Shown here piece by piece: positions 26,154 through 39,199 of a DNA stretch of 64,000 nt. The notes below the pieces were generated by a model that searched no databases, had not been told where the DNA came from, and worked only from the letters and a program-made list of their open reading frames with translations. The number at the start of each line of letters is the position of its first letter. Position 1 is the stretch's first letter. The stretch is from contig OX597834.1 in the NCBI GenBank assembly GCA_951406725.2, positions 16,058,001-16,122,000 on the forward strand, read 5' to 3'. The stretch comes from Octopus vulgaris (Eukaryota). The position numbers and the translations under genes are program-made.

Positions 26154-26735
26154 GTGCAATTGCTACACCAAAGACTTGTATCACATTGCTACACCATATA
26201 TATATATATATATATATATGTTTGTATGTCTGTGTTTGTTCACCCATCATCGCTTGACAACCAATGTTGGTATGTTTGCACCCCCATAACTAAATGGTTT
26301 GGCAACAGTGGCCGATAGAATAAGTAAAAGGCTTACAAAGAATAAGTCCTGGGGGTGATTTGTTCGACTAAAGGTGGTGCTCCAGCATGGCCACAGTCAA
26401 ATGACTGAAACAAATAGAAGAATAAAAGAGTAGTTGTAAACTAGTCCAAGATATACTAGGCTTGAAAATAAAAAGGGGTGGTCATGGTTGGATTGCCTCT
26501 GATAAGTGTGATTCATTGAAGTTGATCAAGGATTAAACATTAAAACAACTACTGATACATTTTTCATTGATTGAGAGGGAGAGAGAGGAAGAGAGAGGGA
26601 GAGAGAGTGAAAGAGAGAAAGAGAGAGAGTGAGAGGGAGAGAGTGAAAGAGAGAGAGAGAGTGAAAAGAGAGAGAGAGAGAAGCCCTTTTCCTGGTTACA
26701 CAACCCAAATGAATTTGACAGCTTGAGATCCTATT

Positions 26736-26967
26736 CTTATTTCTTTACTGCCCACAAGGGGCTACACACAGAAGGGACAAACAAGGACAGACAAACGGAT
26801 TAAGTCGATTATATCGACCCCAGTGCATAACTGGTACTTATTTAATCGACCCCGAAAGGATGAAAGGCAAAGTCAACCTCGGCGGAATTTGAACTCAGAA
26901 CGTAGCGACAGAGGAAATACCACTAGGCATTCCGCCCGGCATGCTAACGTTTCTGACAGCTCGCCGC
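26736..26967 (-). mobile_element. Meta-domain-like SINE monomer
   Basis: 16-bp TSD cttgagatcctattct on both sides. Confidence 0.9.
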
Positions 26968-27569
26968 TTGAGATCCTATTCTGTCATATCAGACAAGGTG
27001 GATTTAATGCATCAACTTGTAGATTAGTGGTTCCGGATTCGGGTTAGCAGCACCCACCTCCATCACTGAGAGACATTGTGAGTTTACAAGATGACATAAA
27101 AGGAGGGCTGAATAACAAGGTCTCTCTCTCTCTCACTCACACAGAGCAGGCTTCCTTCAGTTTCAGAATTCAGTGGACTCACAAGGCCTTGGTCAGCAAA
27201 AAGACTCATGAATGAACAAAGAAATGGCAGAGCAGTTGAACTAACTGTCTCACAGCATTCATTTAATTTTATGTCCTGAATATACTGAGTTCAAATCCCA
27301 TGGGGGGAATAGGTTTACTTTTTATCTCTACTAATTAAATCAAAACAAAGTTTTTCTGAAATAAATTTCTTTAAAAAGGAAAACAACAAGAACAAAATCC
27401 TTAAATGAATATAATATAATTCCTTAATAACTTAGCTTCTTTGAGATACAATTTTGGTTATTTAGACTATAAATAAAATGTTCTTATCAAAATCCTCTCC
27501 AAAACCAAACAGAAAAGTGAAAACCAAAAAAAACATATACGAGTGATGGGATGGATATATATGTATGCA

Positions 27570-27629
<60 letters not shown>

Positions 27630-27948
27630 TATATACGCAGACATACATATATATACATACACACACATACATAAGTATACACATGCACACACATATACAT
27701 ATACACAGATACATACACATACATGCATACACATATATACACACATATATCAATTAAAGAAGAAAAATATTATAATTACTTTTTCGTTTAATTAAATTAA
27801 ATTTAAAATATAGGATTTTAGATATAACTTAACCTTTCCTTTCCTCTGATAAGAATTAAGACATGCTACGAAATTAAAATAATTTTCATTTTAATTATTT
27901 TATATATAATTTTCTTTTTCCTCAAAAATAAGTAATTAATTTACTCAC

Positions 27949-27960
27949 CAAGAGAAAGGA
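27949..27960 (-). CDS. Candidate 12-nt frame-preserving microexon
   Basis: gatAG|TCCTTTCTCTTG|GTGAGTA; phase 1-1 reading fits the exon A acceptor. Confidence 0.25.
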
Positions 27961-28339
27961 CTATCACATGAAGAGTTAAAACTTCCACCAAACAAAAAAA
28001 AAAACACTAATACTACCACCTCCACCACCACCACCACCACCATTCTTACTAATACCAATACTACTGCCACAACTCATATTTCTTTACAACTACTATTACT
28101 ACTGCTGCAGCTGCTACAACCACCACTGCCATCACTACTACTACTAATGCTACTATCACCACCATTACTACTTTTCAAACTAACACTACAACTGTTTCAA
28201 GTACCAGTAAACACTACTACCACCACCGTCACTACTACCATCAACATTATTATCATCATCACCATCATCATCATCATTGTTGTCACTGACACTATGACCT
28301 CTGTTAACATAACATCACCAATACCACATGTATATGTAT

Positions 28340-28947
28340 GTGAAGGGTTGCTGAAAAGTCCCTAGCTTTAAGGGTATCGCAAAGGGCCTGGTTCTGAGTT
28401 CTTTTACAGGGCTTAGAAAACCTGAAGGACCATTACAATAGGTGAGCAAATCTTAGAGGGAAATATGTTGAAGAAAATCATATTTAGCTGATCCTCTTTT
28501 TTTACTCAAAGCCAAGAACTTTTCAGAGTCCCTACCATACACACACACACACACACACATGAGGGGGTACTGAAAAGTTCCTGGTTTTCAGGGTAGCGCA
28601 AAGGGCCTGGTTGGAGGCCCAACATTCTGAGTTCTTTTACAGAGCTTAGAAAACCTGAAGGACCACTACAGTAGGTGAGCGAATCTTAGAGGGAAATATG
28701 TTGAATAAAATCATATTTAGCTGATCCTCTTTTTGTACTCAAAACCAAGAACATTTCAGTGCCCCTACCATACACACACACACACATGAGGGGGTACTGA
28801 AAAGTTCCTGGTTTTAAGGGTATCACAAAAGGCCTGACTGGAGGCCTAACCTTCCAAGTTCTTTCACAGGGCTTAGAAAAACTGAAGGATCGCTACAACA
28901 GTTGAATGAAATCATATTTAACTGATCTTTATCAGCACCACTTCTGT
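28340..28947 (+). mobile_element. Three tandem mariner-derived MITEs
   Basis: TIRs gagggggtactgaaaagttcc / gaacttttcag..ccc; internal relic of the transposase end (GLE..K....RGKYVE*); (CA)n spacers. Confidence 0.8.
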
Positions 28948-29007
28948 ATATGCACACACAGACACACACCTACAAGCATACAGACAAATCACATGTGATG
29001 ACAAAAG

Positions 29008-29194
29008 AGGTAGACCACAATATCAGAAACAGAGCACTGTATGATGGTAGACCTCAATATCAGAAACAGAGCACTGTATGATGGTAGACCTCAATATCAG
29101 AAACAGAGCACTGTATGATGGTAGACCTCAATATCAGAAACAGAGCACTGTATGATGGTAGACCTCAATATCAGAAACAGAGCACTGTATGATG
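29008..29194. repeat. 37-bp minisatellite x5
   Basis: atggtagacctcaatatcagaaacagagcactgtatg at 29044, 29081, 29118 and 29155, plus a variant first copy. Confidence 0.95.
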
Positions 29195-29376
29195 CAGGTT
29201 TTGAGACTCACATTCAGAACTTTAAGTTTCTGCGTCAACAATATAGTGACTGTTATTCTACTTCAGCCGTTATAAGCTCAGTACGTGCACCGAACTTGTA
29301 ACAGCTGAATTGTGATGATCATCATATCAATTATTGATACAGAAACTGAAAGTTCACAAATAAGTCTCAAAACCTG
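29195..29376 (-). other. Long imperfect hairpin (candidate structured RNA or old foldback element)
   Basis: Outer arms caggttttgagact / agtctcaaaacctg; inner stem 29262-29309. Confidence 0.75.
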
Positions 29377-30119
29377 TGTGTGTACCACACGCATCATTAC
29401 CATGTTTACCAACATATCAATACAAATAACATCATAAGTACAACCACCACTGCCCTACCACTGAGGGAGTCTTTACATGGTTGGCATGACCTGCTAGAAA
29501 TAAAACCAAATTTCCTTCAAATCGCAATCACATCAACTATTTTCTAATGAGAGAGATGCATTAGATAACATAGTCCTGAACTGACATATACCCGATCACC
29601 TTTGTGTGTGTGTGTGTGTGAGAGTGTGAGAGAGAGAGAGACAGAGAAAAAGAAAGAGAGAGAAAGAGGGAGAGAGAAAGAAAGAGAAAGAGAGAGAGAG
29701 AAAGGGAGAGAGAAAGAGACAGAGAAAAAGAGAGAGAGAGAAAGAGGGAGAGGAAAAGTGAGAGAGAGAGAGAGAGAGAGGGAGAGATAGAGAGTCTAAT
29801 CATATCTCTGTCCCTCTATGTCTCTCTGTCGCCCAGTGTGTCTTACCAGTGTCCCCTATGTGTATTTGGGTCTGTCTGTGTGACTGTCATTCGAGAATTC
29901 ATGGCATCATTTATCTTTTACTTGTTTTAGTCACAGGACTGCAGCCCATGCTGGAGCACTGTCTCGGAACACTTAGCTGAACAAACCGGCCCCTGTACCT
30001 ATTTTTTTTTTCCAAGTTTGGTACTAATTCTATTGGACCCTTTTGCCAAACTGCTAGGAAGTAAACAAGGAAGTAAACAAACCAACACCGGTTGTCAAGC
30101 AGTGAGAGGACAAATACAA

Positions 30120-30150
<31 letters not shown>

Positions 30151-30247
30151 CATACACACACACACATATATATACACACACAAACACACACACATATATA
30201 CACACACAGACATATATATACACACACACACATGCCTTTCCTCCCTT

Positions 30248-30724
30248 GGACACAAAGACCTGTTGAGGCAAGCGAAGTCGATATAGAACCTCATCCGACG
30301 ACAGACACTCATGCCAACCCCCCCCCCCCCCTGCTTGCGAAGACATGTTGGGGCAAGCGAAATCGAAACCGAATTGAACCAGCCAGGATCCCTGGTCTGG
30401 TGGTACGTAAAAGCACTATCCGACTCGTGGCCGATGCCAGCGCCGCCTCGACTGGCTTCCGTGCCGGTGGCACATAAAATACACCAATCCGACCGTGGCC
30501 GTTGCCAGCCTCGCCTGGCCCCCGTGCAGGTGGCATGTAAAAAGCACCCACTACACTCACGGAGTGGTTGGCGTTAGGAAGGGCATCCAGCTGTAGAAAC
30601 ACTGCCAGATCAGACTAGAGCCTGGTGCAGCCTTCTGGCTTCCCAGAACCCCGGTCGAACCGTCCAACCCATGCTAGCATGGAGAACGGACGTTAAACGA
30701 TGATGATGATGATGATGATGATGA
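30248..30724 (+). mobile_element. (GAT)n-tailed SINE-like element, young copy
   Basis: Internal repeats, conserved aggaagggcatccagc block and (gat)n tail. Confidence 0.85.
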
Positions 30725-30916
30725 CACACACACACATACACACAACAGTATTAATTGCAAAACATTAAAATATGAGGATCATCATCATCATCTGTGTGGT
30801 GCATGCATGTGCACTTGTTGCACACAACCAGTATCTTTCCTGCATATGTTTGTCTGTGCAGGAATTCACCTATGTGTGTGCGTATGTCTGTGCATGCATG
30901 TGAGTGTGCATGCACG

Positions 30917-30952
<36 letters not shown>

Positions 30953-31359
30953 CGTTTATTGTTGTTATTGCTGTAGTATTTGTTGCCATTCAGCACCAAA
31001 TCATCCCTGCACCAGTAAGATATATGATCAAAGGCATTCCATCCATGACCATCATGTCTCTCTCCGTACATCCAAAACTACACTGTTTGGTATATACAAG
31101 AGTATATAAAACAGCAGACCATAACTTGAAGGAGAAAAAACTGGCTGCTATTACTAGCGGATCAAATGACCATTTAGAGTGTATGATGTATGAACAGGTG
31201 TGTATATTTGTGTGTGTGTGTGTCTCGGTGTGTGTATGTATAATTGTCTGTTTGTCAAAGCGACAGCGTGTTGTTGTCTGACTGTCTGTCAGACTGCTTT
31301 TATCTATGTCTGTATTTATGCAACACTCCATGCCTGAATATCTGTATGCAGAGGTGTGT

Positions 31360-31665
<306 letters not shown>

Positions 31666-32147
31666 CACAACACCTACATGCACATATACACACACGGCAG
31701 TAACTTCCACCTACCGAATTCAATCACAAAGCTCCGGTCGCTCGGGGCTATAGTGGAAGACACCTACCAAAAGTGCCACGCAGTGGGACTGAACCCGAAA
31801 CCATGTAGCTAGGAAGCAAGCTCCCTAACCACACAGCCATGATATATATATATATTTACACTTATGCCTCTCTCTATGTATGTATGTGTGTGTGTGTATA
31901 GAGGTAGAAAAATACTGCTTTGACTGATAATGCATATGTCTGCACATGTGCATAAATGTGCATCTGTGTATGTACACATGTGCATCTTTTCGTTTATGTG
32001 TGCGTGCGTGTGTGTCTGTGCTTCATAGTGTGGCTTTACTTGTATACACACACGTACCTGTATGTGTGCATGAGTAGATAAGTATGTGGGTTTACCTACT
32101 AGTGTGGCTGTGCCTTTGCGTCTTTATATTTGTATCTCTTTCTCTCA

Positions 32148-32190
<43 letters not shown>

Positions 32191-32301
32191 CACACACATA
32201 TATATATATACATATATATGTGTGTGTGTGTGTGTGTATACATATATATGAATATATATTTGTGTGTGTGTGTGTATATATATGTATATACACACATATA
32301 T

Positions 32302-32348
<47 letters not shown>

Positions 32349-32498
32349 TATATGTGAGCATGTGTGTGTATATATTTATGTGTATTGTGTGTGTATATAC
32401 AGAGACAGACAGAGAGAGAGAGAGAAGGAGAAGCAGACAAAGACAATGACTGACAGACAGACAGAGTGGCAGAAAGAGAGAGGGAGAGAAAGAGAGAA

Positions 32499-32551
<53 letters not shown>

Positions 32552-33106
32552 ATGTCTTCGTTAATTAGTATGACTATTATTCGGCTATTTAGTACAACTT
32601 GAAAGTTTCCACTTTCCAACAAGCAAAAGCTAAAAAACAAAAAAAAAAGAGTCATCAAGAAGGAAAATCAATAATTCACTGCTAATTGCTATCAGCATCT
32701 ATGAATTAATTAAATATCAAGCACACACACACACACATATACACACACGCATGCACGCACACACTTAGAGGCAAGCACAGGTTCGCTCACACAGAGATAG
32801 ACAGACATACACAGTGAGAAGAAGAAGTAGTTTTCTGAAGACAACTTAGTAGCAGTGTTTGTTGCTAAGACAACCAACTACCTAGTGAGCTAGCTAGCTA
32901 GCTATTGAGATAGCCAAGTGGCTAGCTGGCTAGTTTCGCAAACCTATTTCAAACAGGGCCCTTGTATATGATTAAAAAAATGAAAGTAAGGGAGAGGATC
33001 AGGCGTGAAAATATTGACCTTACCACCACCTCTTTCGACACACTTGTGGGAGACCACACACACATACACACGCATTGTCAGTCACATAGGAAACACATTC
33101 TGACAA

Positions 33107-33860
33107 GATGGTCACGACTGGAATGCCTTTAATCATATCGTCTTCTATATTTCTTTTCCCTTTTTTTTTTCTTAAGGGTGTAGACAGGGAAGGAGATTGG
33201 GGGCCTGCACAACACCTTTTTCTGAACCTTGGAGAGAATGAGGTTAAGCAGGGAAGAAACCCCTATTCTTTGAATATCTGCAACACAACAGAATCTCCTT
33301 AAAAAAGGTTGGTGTCAAAAGGGCACCAGATCTAGGAGTACACCCATTCTCATTTGATGGTCATGGTTGGAATGCCTTTGATCATAAGTCTGCTATATTT
33401 ATTTCTTTTCCTTTTTATGGCATAGAGAGAAGAAGACATTGAGGGTCCACACAACTCCTTTTCCAAGGACCTTGGACAGACTGGGGGTGGGGTCAAGCAA
33501 GGAAGAAACCCCTATTCTTTGAATATCTGCAACACAACGGAATCTCCTTAAAAAAAAGTTGGTGTCAAAAGGGCACCACATCTAGGAGTAAACCCATTCT
33601 CATTTGATGGTCATGGTTGGAATGCCTTTGATCATAAGTCTGCTATATTTATTTTCTTTTCATTTTTATAGCATAGAGAGAAGAAGACATTGAGGGTCCA
33701 CACAACCCCTTTTCCAAGGACCTTGGACAGAATTGGGGGTGGGGTCAAGCAAGGAAGAAACCCCTATTCTTTGATTATATGCAGACAGAAGACCCCAATC
33801 CAAACAAGTGTGACTCAGTAGAGTTTCCTTAAGACGGTTTGGTGTCAAAAGAGCACCAGA
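33107..33860. repeat. ~250-bp tandem triplication
   Basis: gatggtca..ggaatgccttt at 33107, 33356 and 33606. Confidence 0.9.
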
Positions 33861-34191
33861 CCAAGCAGAAAGGGTCACAACAATTCAGTTACCCTTGCCC
33901 AAAATTTGAGGCCATGCACACATGTAACTGCAATTTGATATTTTCCTCAAAGCAGTGGATTGGCAAAAATCAGTAGAGCAACCGATAGAATACTATGTGG
34001 CATATCACACCTCTTTCCGTTCTGATTTCAAATCCTGTTCAGTACCAGTCAGATACTGGGGGTCAGTCAACTATAGCTCCTATCCAATTGGAGGTATTGT
34101 AGTTCTTTCATCTTCTACTTCTTGTTTTCATCATTGTGTTGTGGCCATGCTGGGGCTCCATCTTCAGAGGTTTTAGTCAAACAAATCAACC

Positions 34192-34446
34192 CGAAAAGCT
34201 CTATCTGCGACGATTTCATCTCAATCGAAGGAGAGGGGCTTTCTCCGTCCGGGTTGCGGATCCGTGGAGTAAGCTGCCGGACGAGATAGTGAAGATGCCG
34301 ACGACCGCTCGGTTCAAAGTCTCTCTTGACCAGAAATGGTCTGAAGTCTTTGTATGAACGCCTTCCCTATACATAACTCCATGTCCCCCATACATGGCCT
34401 TGCTTTTTGCTTTTTGAGTCAAAAAATTAACTTAACTTAACTTAAC
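34192..34446 (+). mobile_element. CR1/L2-clade LINE 3' fragment nested in a SINE
   Basis: RRRGAFSVRVADPWSKLPDEIVKMPTTARFKVSLDQKW* matches the FS.RV...W..LP...FK..LD end motif; (CTTAA)n tail; SINE sequence on both flanks. Confidence 0.82.
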
Positions 34447-35097
34447 CTTTGAATTTTTTCTTGTTTTCAAGTCTGATACTTATTCTATCAGTTTCGTTTG
34501 CGAAACTGCTGTGTTGTGGGGGAAATAAACAAACCAACACCCAATGACTAGCAGCAGGGAGACAAATACACACACACACATATACACATATATATACACA
34601 CACACACACACAGACAGACAATGGACTTCTACACAGTTTCCATCTGCCAAGTTCTCTCATAAGGCAATGGTCAGTCCAGTGCTAGAGTGGAAGACACTTG
34701 TCCAAGGTGTCACAGAGTGAGACTGAACCTGAAACCACAATGTTGCAAAGTGGGCTTTCTACCACACTGCCTTATTTCCTTTTTTTTTTTTTTGTTCTTT
34801 TACCACATACCAAGGAACATTGATTTCTCCACATATATCATGTTCTAGGATTTCTCTTCTTTTTGTTGTATCAAACACATGGCTTAGTGGTCAGGGTAAG
34901 TGACTCAGGATCATAAGATCATGAGTTCAATCTCCAGCACTGCATTGTGTCCTTGAGCAAGACACTTTATTTCATGTTGCTCCAGTCTACTCAGCTGGCA
35001 AAAATGAGTTGTACTGATAATTTAAAGGGCCCGCTTGGTCACATTCTGTGCCATGCTGAATCTCCCTGAGAACTTCATTAAGGGTATGTATGTATGT

Positions 35098-35844
35098 GGC
35101 GAGCTGGCAGAAACATTAGCACGCCAGGTGAAATGCGTAGCAGTATTTCGTCTGCCGAGGTCGACTTTGCCTTTCATCCTTTCGGGTTCGATTAAATAAG
35201 TACCAGTTACGTACTGGAGTCGATCTAATCAACTTAATCCGTTTGTTTGTCCTCTCTGTGTTTAGTTCCTTGTGGGTAGTAAAGAAATAGGTATTTCGTC
35301 TGCCGTTGCGTTCTGTGTTCAAATTCCGCCGAGGTCGACTTTACCTTTCATCCTTTCGGGTTCGATTAAATAAGTACCAGTCACGCACTGGGGTCGATCT
35401 AATCAACTTAATCCGTTTGTTTGTCCTTGTTTGTCCTCTCTGTGTTTAGCCCCTTGTGGGTAGTAAAGAAATAGGTATTTCGTCTGCCGCTACGTTCTGT
35501 GTTCAAATTCCGCCAAGGTCGACTTTGCCTTTCATCCTTTCAGGGTTGATTAAATAAGTACCAGTTATGCATTGGGGTCGATACAATCGACTTAATCCGT
35601 TTGTCTGTCCTTGTTTGTCCTCTCTGTGTTTAGCCCCTAGTGGGTAGTAAAGAAATAGGTATTTCGTCTGCCACTACGTTCTGAGCTCAAATTCCACTGA
35701 GGTCGACTTTGCCCTTCATCCTTTCGGGGTCGATTAAATAAGTACCAGTTACGCACTGGAGTCGATATAATCGACTTAATCCGTTTGTCTGTTCTTGTTT
35801 GTCCTCTCTGTGTTTAGCTCCTTGTGGGTAGTAAAGAAATAGGT
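35098..35844 (+). mobile_element. Meta-domain-like SINE tetramer nested in a V-like SINE (34878-35950)
   Basis: One head and four bodies (184-bp period); TSD ggtatgtatgtatgtgg. Confidence 0.9.
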
Positions 35845-37717
35845 ATGTATGTATGTGGAGTATTCAGTCACTTACACATTAATTTCACAAAGAAGCTGTT
35901 CCATTGATTGGATCAACTGGAACCCTCATCATCATAACCAATGGAGTTCCCAAGTTGTACCGTACTATATGGAAAGAGGTTTCTAGCCTCTAACTACCCC
36001 CTTTCTCATGTCATTGCTAACATCATCCTTACCACTACCACCGTAACCAAAATATCAGAATATCTTTGAACTTGTCAAGAACTTCATAACAAACAAACAA
36101 ACACGCACAAACAAATATAATTTTATGAATTCACTACATCATTTTCCTTATAATTTCTAAATTTCAAATTCGAACTCAAATTCAAATTTCTAATCCCACC
36201 AAATATTATAAAGAAAGGATCAGCTCTCTTACAAGTGCAACCACAAGAAGAAAGACATGTGTTTGATCTGCAACGCTGTGTAGAAACCAATATAGTTACA
36301 TTTTAGAAATGTCATTAAATTAACCCTTTTCATACCAATCTGCCAAGGATCATCCCTGGTTCTATCACATGGAATTCAGGTTTTAAAAAGATCTAAATTA
36401 AAACATTCCATCAAGATTTCTCGTTAATTCGTGTTCCAAACAGCAGCTTAATAACGACAAAGTTGTTTAACAAAATTCTTCATTATTTTCTAATTTAATT
36501 GAACTGAAGGAAATCCATTTCAACAGAAATACGATAATGAAAGCGTTAAAGCCTATCAACACGTGTACGCACATGGGAAACATTGATGACGGTTTAATTC
36601 AAAAAGGGATTTAATACAGCCCTTTCGAAATGCAGCGTGGTGGCTGTGTGGTAAGAGGTTTGCTCCCCAACCACATCGTTCCTGGTTCAGCCCTACTGTG
36701 TGGCACTTTGGGAAACTATCTTTGACGACTGTGTGTATGTGTCCATTGTGTGTGTGTGTGTGTGTCTGTCTGTCTGTCTGTGTCTGTCTGTCTGTGTGTG
36801 TGTCTGTCTGTCTGTGTCTGTCTGTCGGCCTGCCTGTGTCTGTCTGTGTGTGTTTGTGTGTGTGTGTGTATGTCTGTCTGTCTGTCAGTGCACGTACGCA
36901 CGTGTCTTTGTGTCTGTGTTTGTCCACCATCACCAACTGGCAACCGGTGTAGGTTTGTTTAAGCCCTGTGACTCAGCAGTTTGGCAATAGGGAGCAATAG
37001 AATAAATACCATGCTTCCAAAATACAAGTAATGGGGTCAATTTGATCGACTACAATTCAGGGTGTTGCCCCAGCATGGCCACATTCTAATGACAGAAACA
37101 AGTAAAAGATAGAAAAAAAACAAGGATATAGATCTGTATCTTTTTACCTTTTACTTCTTTCAAACATTGGGCTGTGGCCATGCTGGGGCACTGCCGTGAA
37201 TGATTTTAGTCAAACAAATCAACCCCAGTATTTATTTTTTTTATTAGCTTGGTACTTATTCTTTCACTCTGTTAAAGCTAAACTAAGTTACAGGGATATA
37301 AACAAACCAACACCGGTTGTCAAGTGATTGGGATTGGACAAACACAAGACACACAGAAGTGCACACATACATGTACACACACGGACACAAACAAACAAAC
37401 AGGCTTTCAGTTTCGAGACTTTGGTTGGTGCAGGGCTATAAAAGAAGACATCTACCCAAGGTATCAGAGAGTGGGACTGACCCCAGAACCATGTGGCTGA
37501 GAAAGTAAACTTCTTATTTCATATAATTTGCCACAAGGGCATCACACAGATGGAAGCTTTGCGGGCTGGACACAGACATTAATGGGATGAATGATAATGA
37601 TGCAAAAATGATGATGATGGGCGAAGACGAAAAGAGCCCGCTGACTCTCGCTTCTCTAAAACAATGTTCTTTTTTCCCTTTTTCCCCCAAAACACAATGA
37701 GGCAATAAACCTCTTAC

Positions 37718-37944
37718 TTAACCCTTTAGTATTTAAACCGGCCATATCCGGCCAAAATATTTAATCTGTTTTATGTTCAAACTGACCAGATTCAAGCCCT
37801 CACACCTACCCTACAATGTTATTCTACATTAAGTAATTACACCATCAAGATCTTGAAGATATGAGATAATGCATGATTAATTCAAACCAATGGGAATCAA
37901 TAAGCATTATGTTTGATAGAATAATCTGAACACTAAAGGGTTAA
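37718..37944. mobile_element. TTAA-flanked MITE
   Basis: TTAA|CCCTTTAGT ... ACTAAAGGG|TTAA. Confidence 0.75.
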
Positions 37945-38284
37945 ACAACACAATGTTCAGAATTCTTTTTCTCCTTTTTAAAACACAGTGAGGTTATAAA
38001 CCTCGTACATTACACAAAAAGTCACATATTTCACATTTTGTAGACTCGTTCAGGTTATCTGGCTGACCAGTATCCATGCTTCATTGAAGCATGTACTTCT
38101 TACCACACAGCTTTGCCTGTACATATACATATGTATAGTCACAGAAAGGGTCATAGCTCAATTAATTAGGGAGAGTTAGAGCAGATGAGATGCAGGAACA
38201 CAACTGATGCTAGTGTTTACTAGCAGAGATACCTGGCCCTGCTCAGGATTAAAACGGCAAGGCCAGGTATCTCTGCCGGTAAAC

Positions 38285-38515
38285 ACTAAAAATGTACCGA
38301 AAATAGACTCCATCAACTGCCAGCGGGGTAAGCTAGAGGTAGTTGATAACTTCCGTTATCTAGGTGACTGAGTTAGTAGCAGAGGTGGATGCTCCGAGAG
38401 CATAGCTGCGAGAATAAGAATAGGCTGGGCAAAGTTCAGAGAACTCCTACCTCTGTTGGCAACAAAGGGCCTTTCCCTCGGAGTGAAAGCAGACTTTTTG
38501 AAGTTTGTGTGCTAA
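38285..38515 (+). mobile_element. RTE-clade LINE fragment (post-RT region)
   Basis: KLEVVDNFRYLGD*VSSRGGCSESIAARIRIGWAKFRELLPLL. Confidence 0.85.
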
Positions 38516-38611
38516 CAACAAACAAGATGAGGACAAATATCCATCGAATGTAAGTAATGTACATAATTCCTCATCTCTTAAATATAGAACTGTAATATCC
38601 AATGCTCACTG

Positions 38612-39168
38612 TTGAGGTACTTTTGATGAAATTTCTCCAGCATTTTTATGTGATGCTTGTAAGTGGTCCATGTCACACTTGAATAAAGAAGTGCAAACAA
38701 TAGACAAGTTTTATAGACACTGATTTTTGTCTGCAGGGAAATACCTCTATCCGCCCATACTCGCTTTTCAGGTTTTCCAAATGCAACACTTCCCTTCCCT
38801 ATTCGATAATATATCTCTGCATCAAGACCACCAACTTTTGACAGTGTGCTTCCAAGGTAAACAATGGTGTCAATGACTTCTAACCTTGTTCCATTCACAA
38901 AAATGTTTGGTTCAGAATGTGTTTGTCATGGCACGGGAGTAAACATAACTTTGGTTTTCCCCAGACTATTTATGAGCCTGAAATGTACACATGCAGTGGA
39001 GAACCTGTCCATTAAATGATGCATATCCCCCTCTCTGTGTGTGCCATCAAATCAGCATCATCAGCATAAAATAATTCTCTAACAAGTATTGTGAAAGTCT
39101 TTACTTTGCAGTTAAGCCAGGTCAAATTAAAAATACAACCAGGTGTCTGAAATCTGATTTCGATTCCT
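38612..39168 (-). mobile_element. RTE-BovB-like reverse transcriptase fragment (decayed)
   Basis: RELFYADDADLMAH, KTKVM, VYLGSTLS...RIGKGSVAFG...TKISVYK...LLYSSVTW; frameshift and stop present. Confidence 0.9.
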
Positions 39169-39199
39169 ATATACACATATAGACATATATACATCTATA

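Noticed and set aside
29008-29194. 37-bp repeats resembling a CRISPR repeat in length
   Set aside because: Contiguous units with no unique spacers, no cas genes, and eukaryotic context
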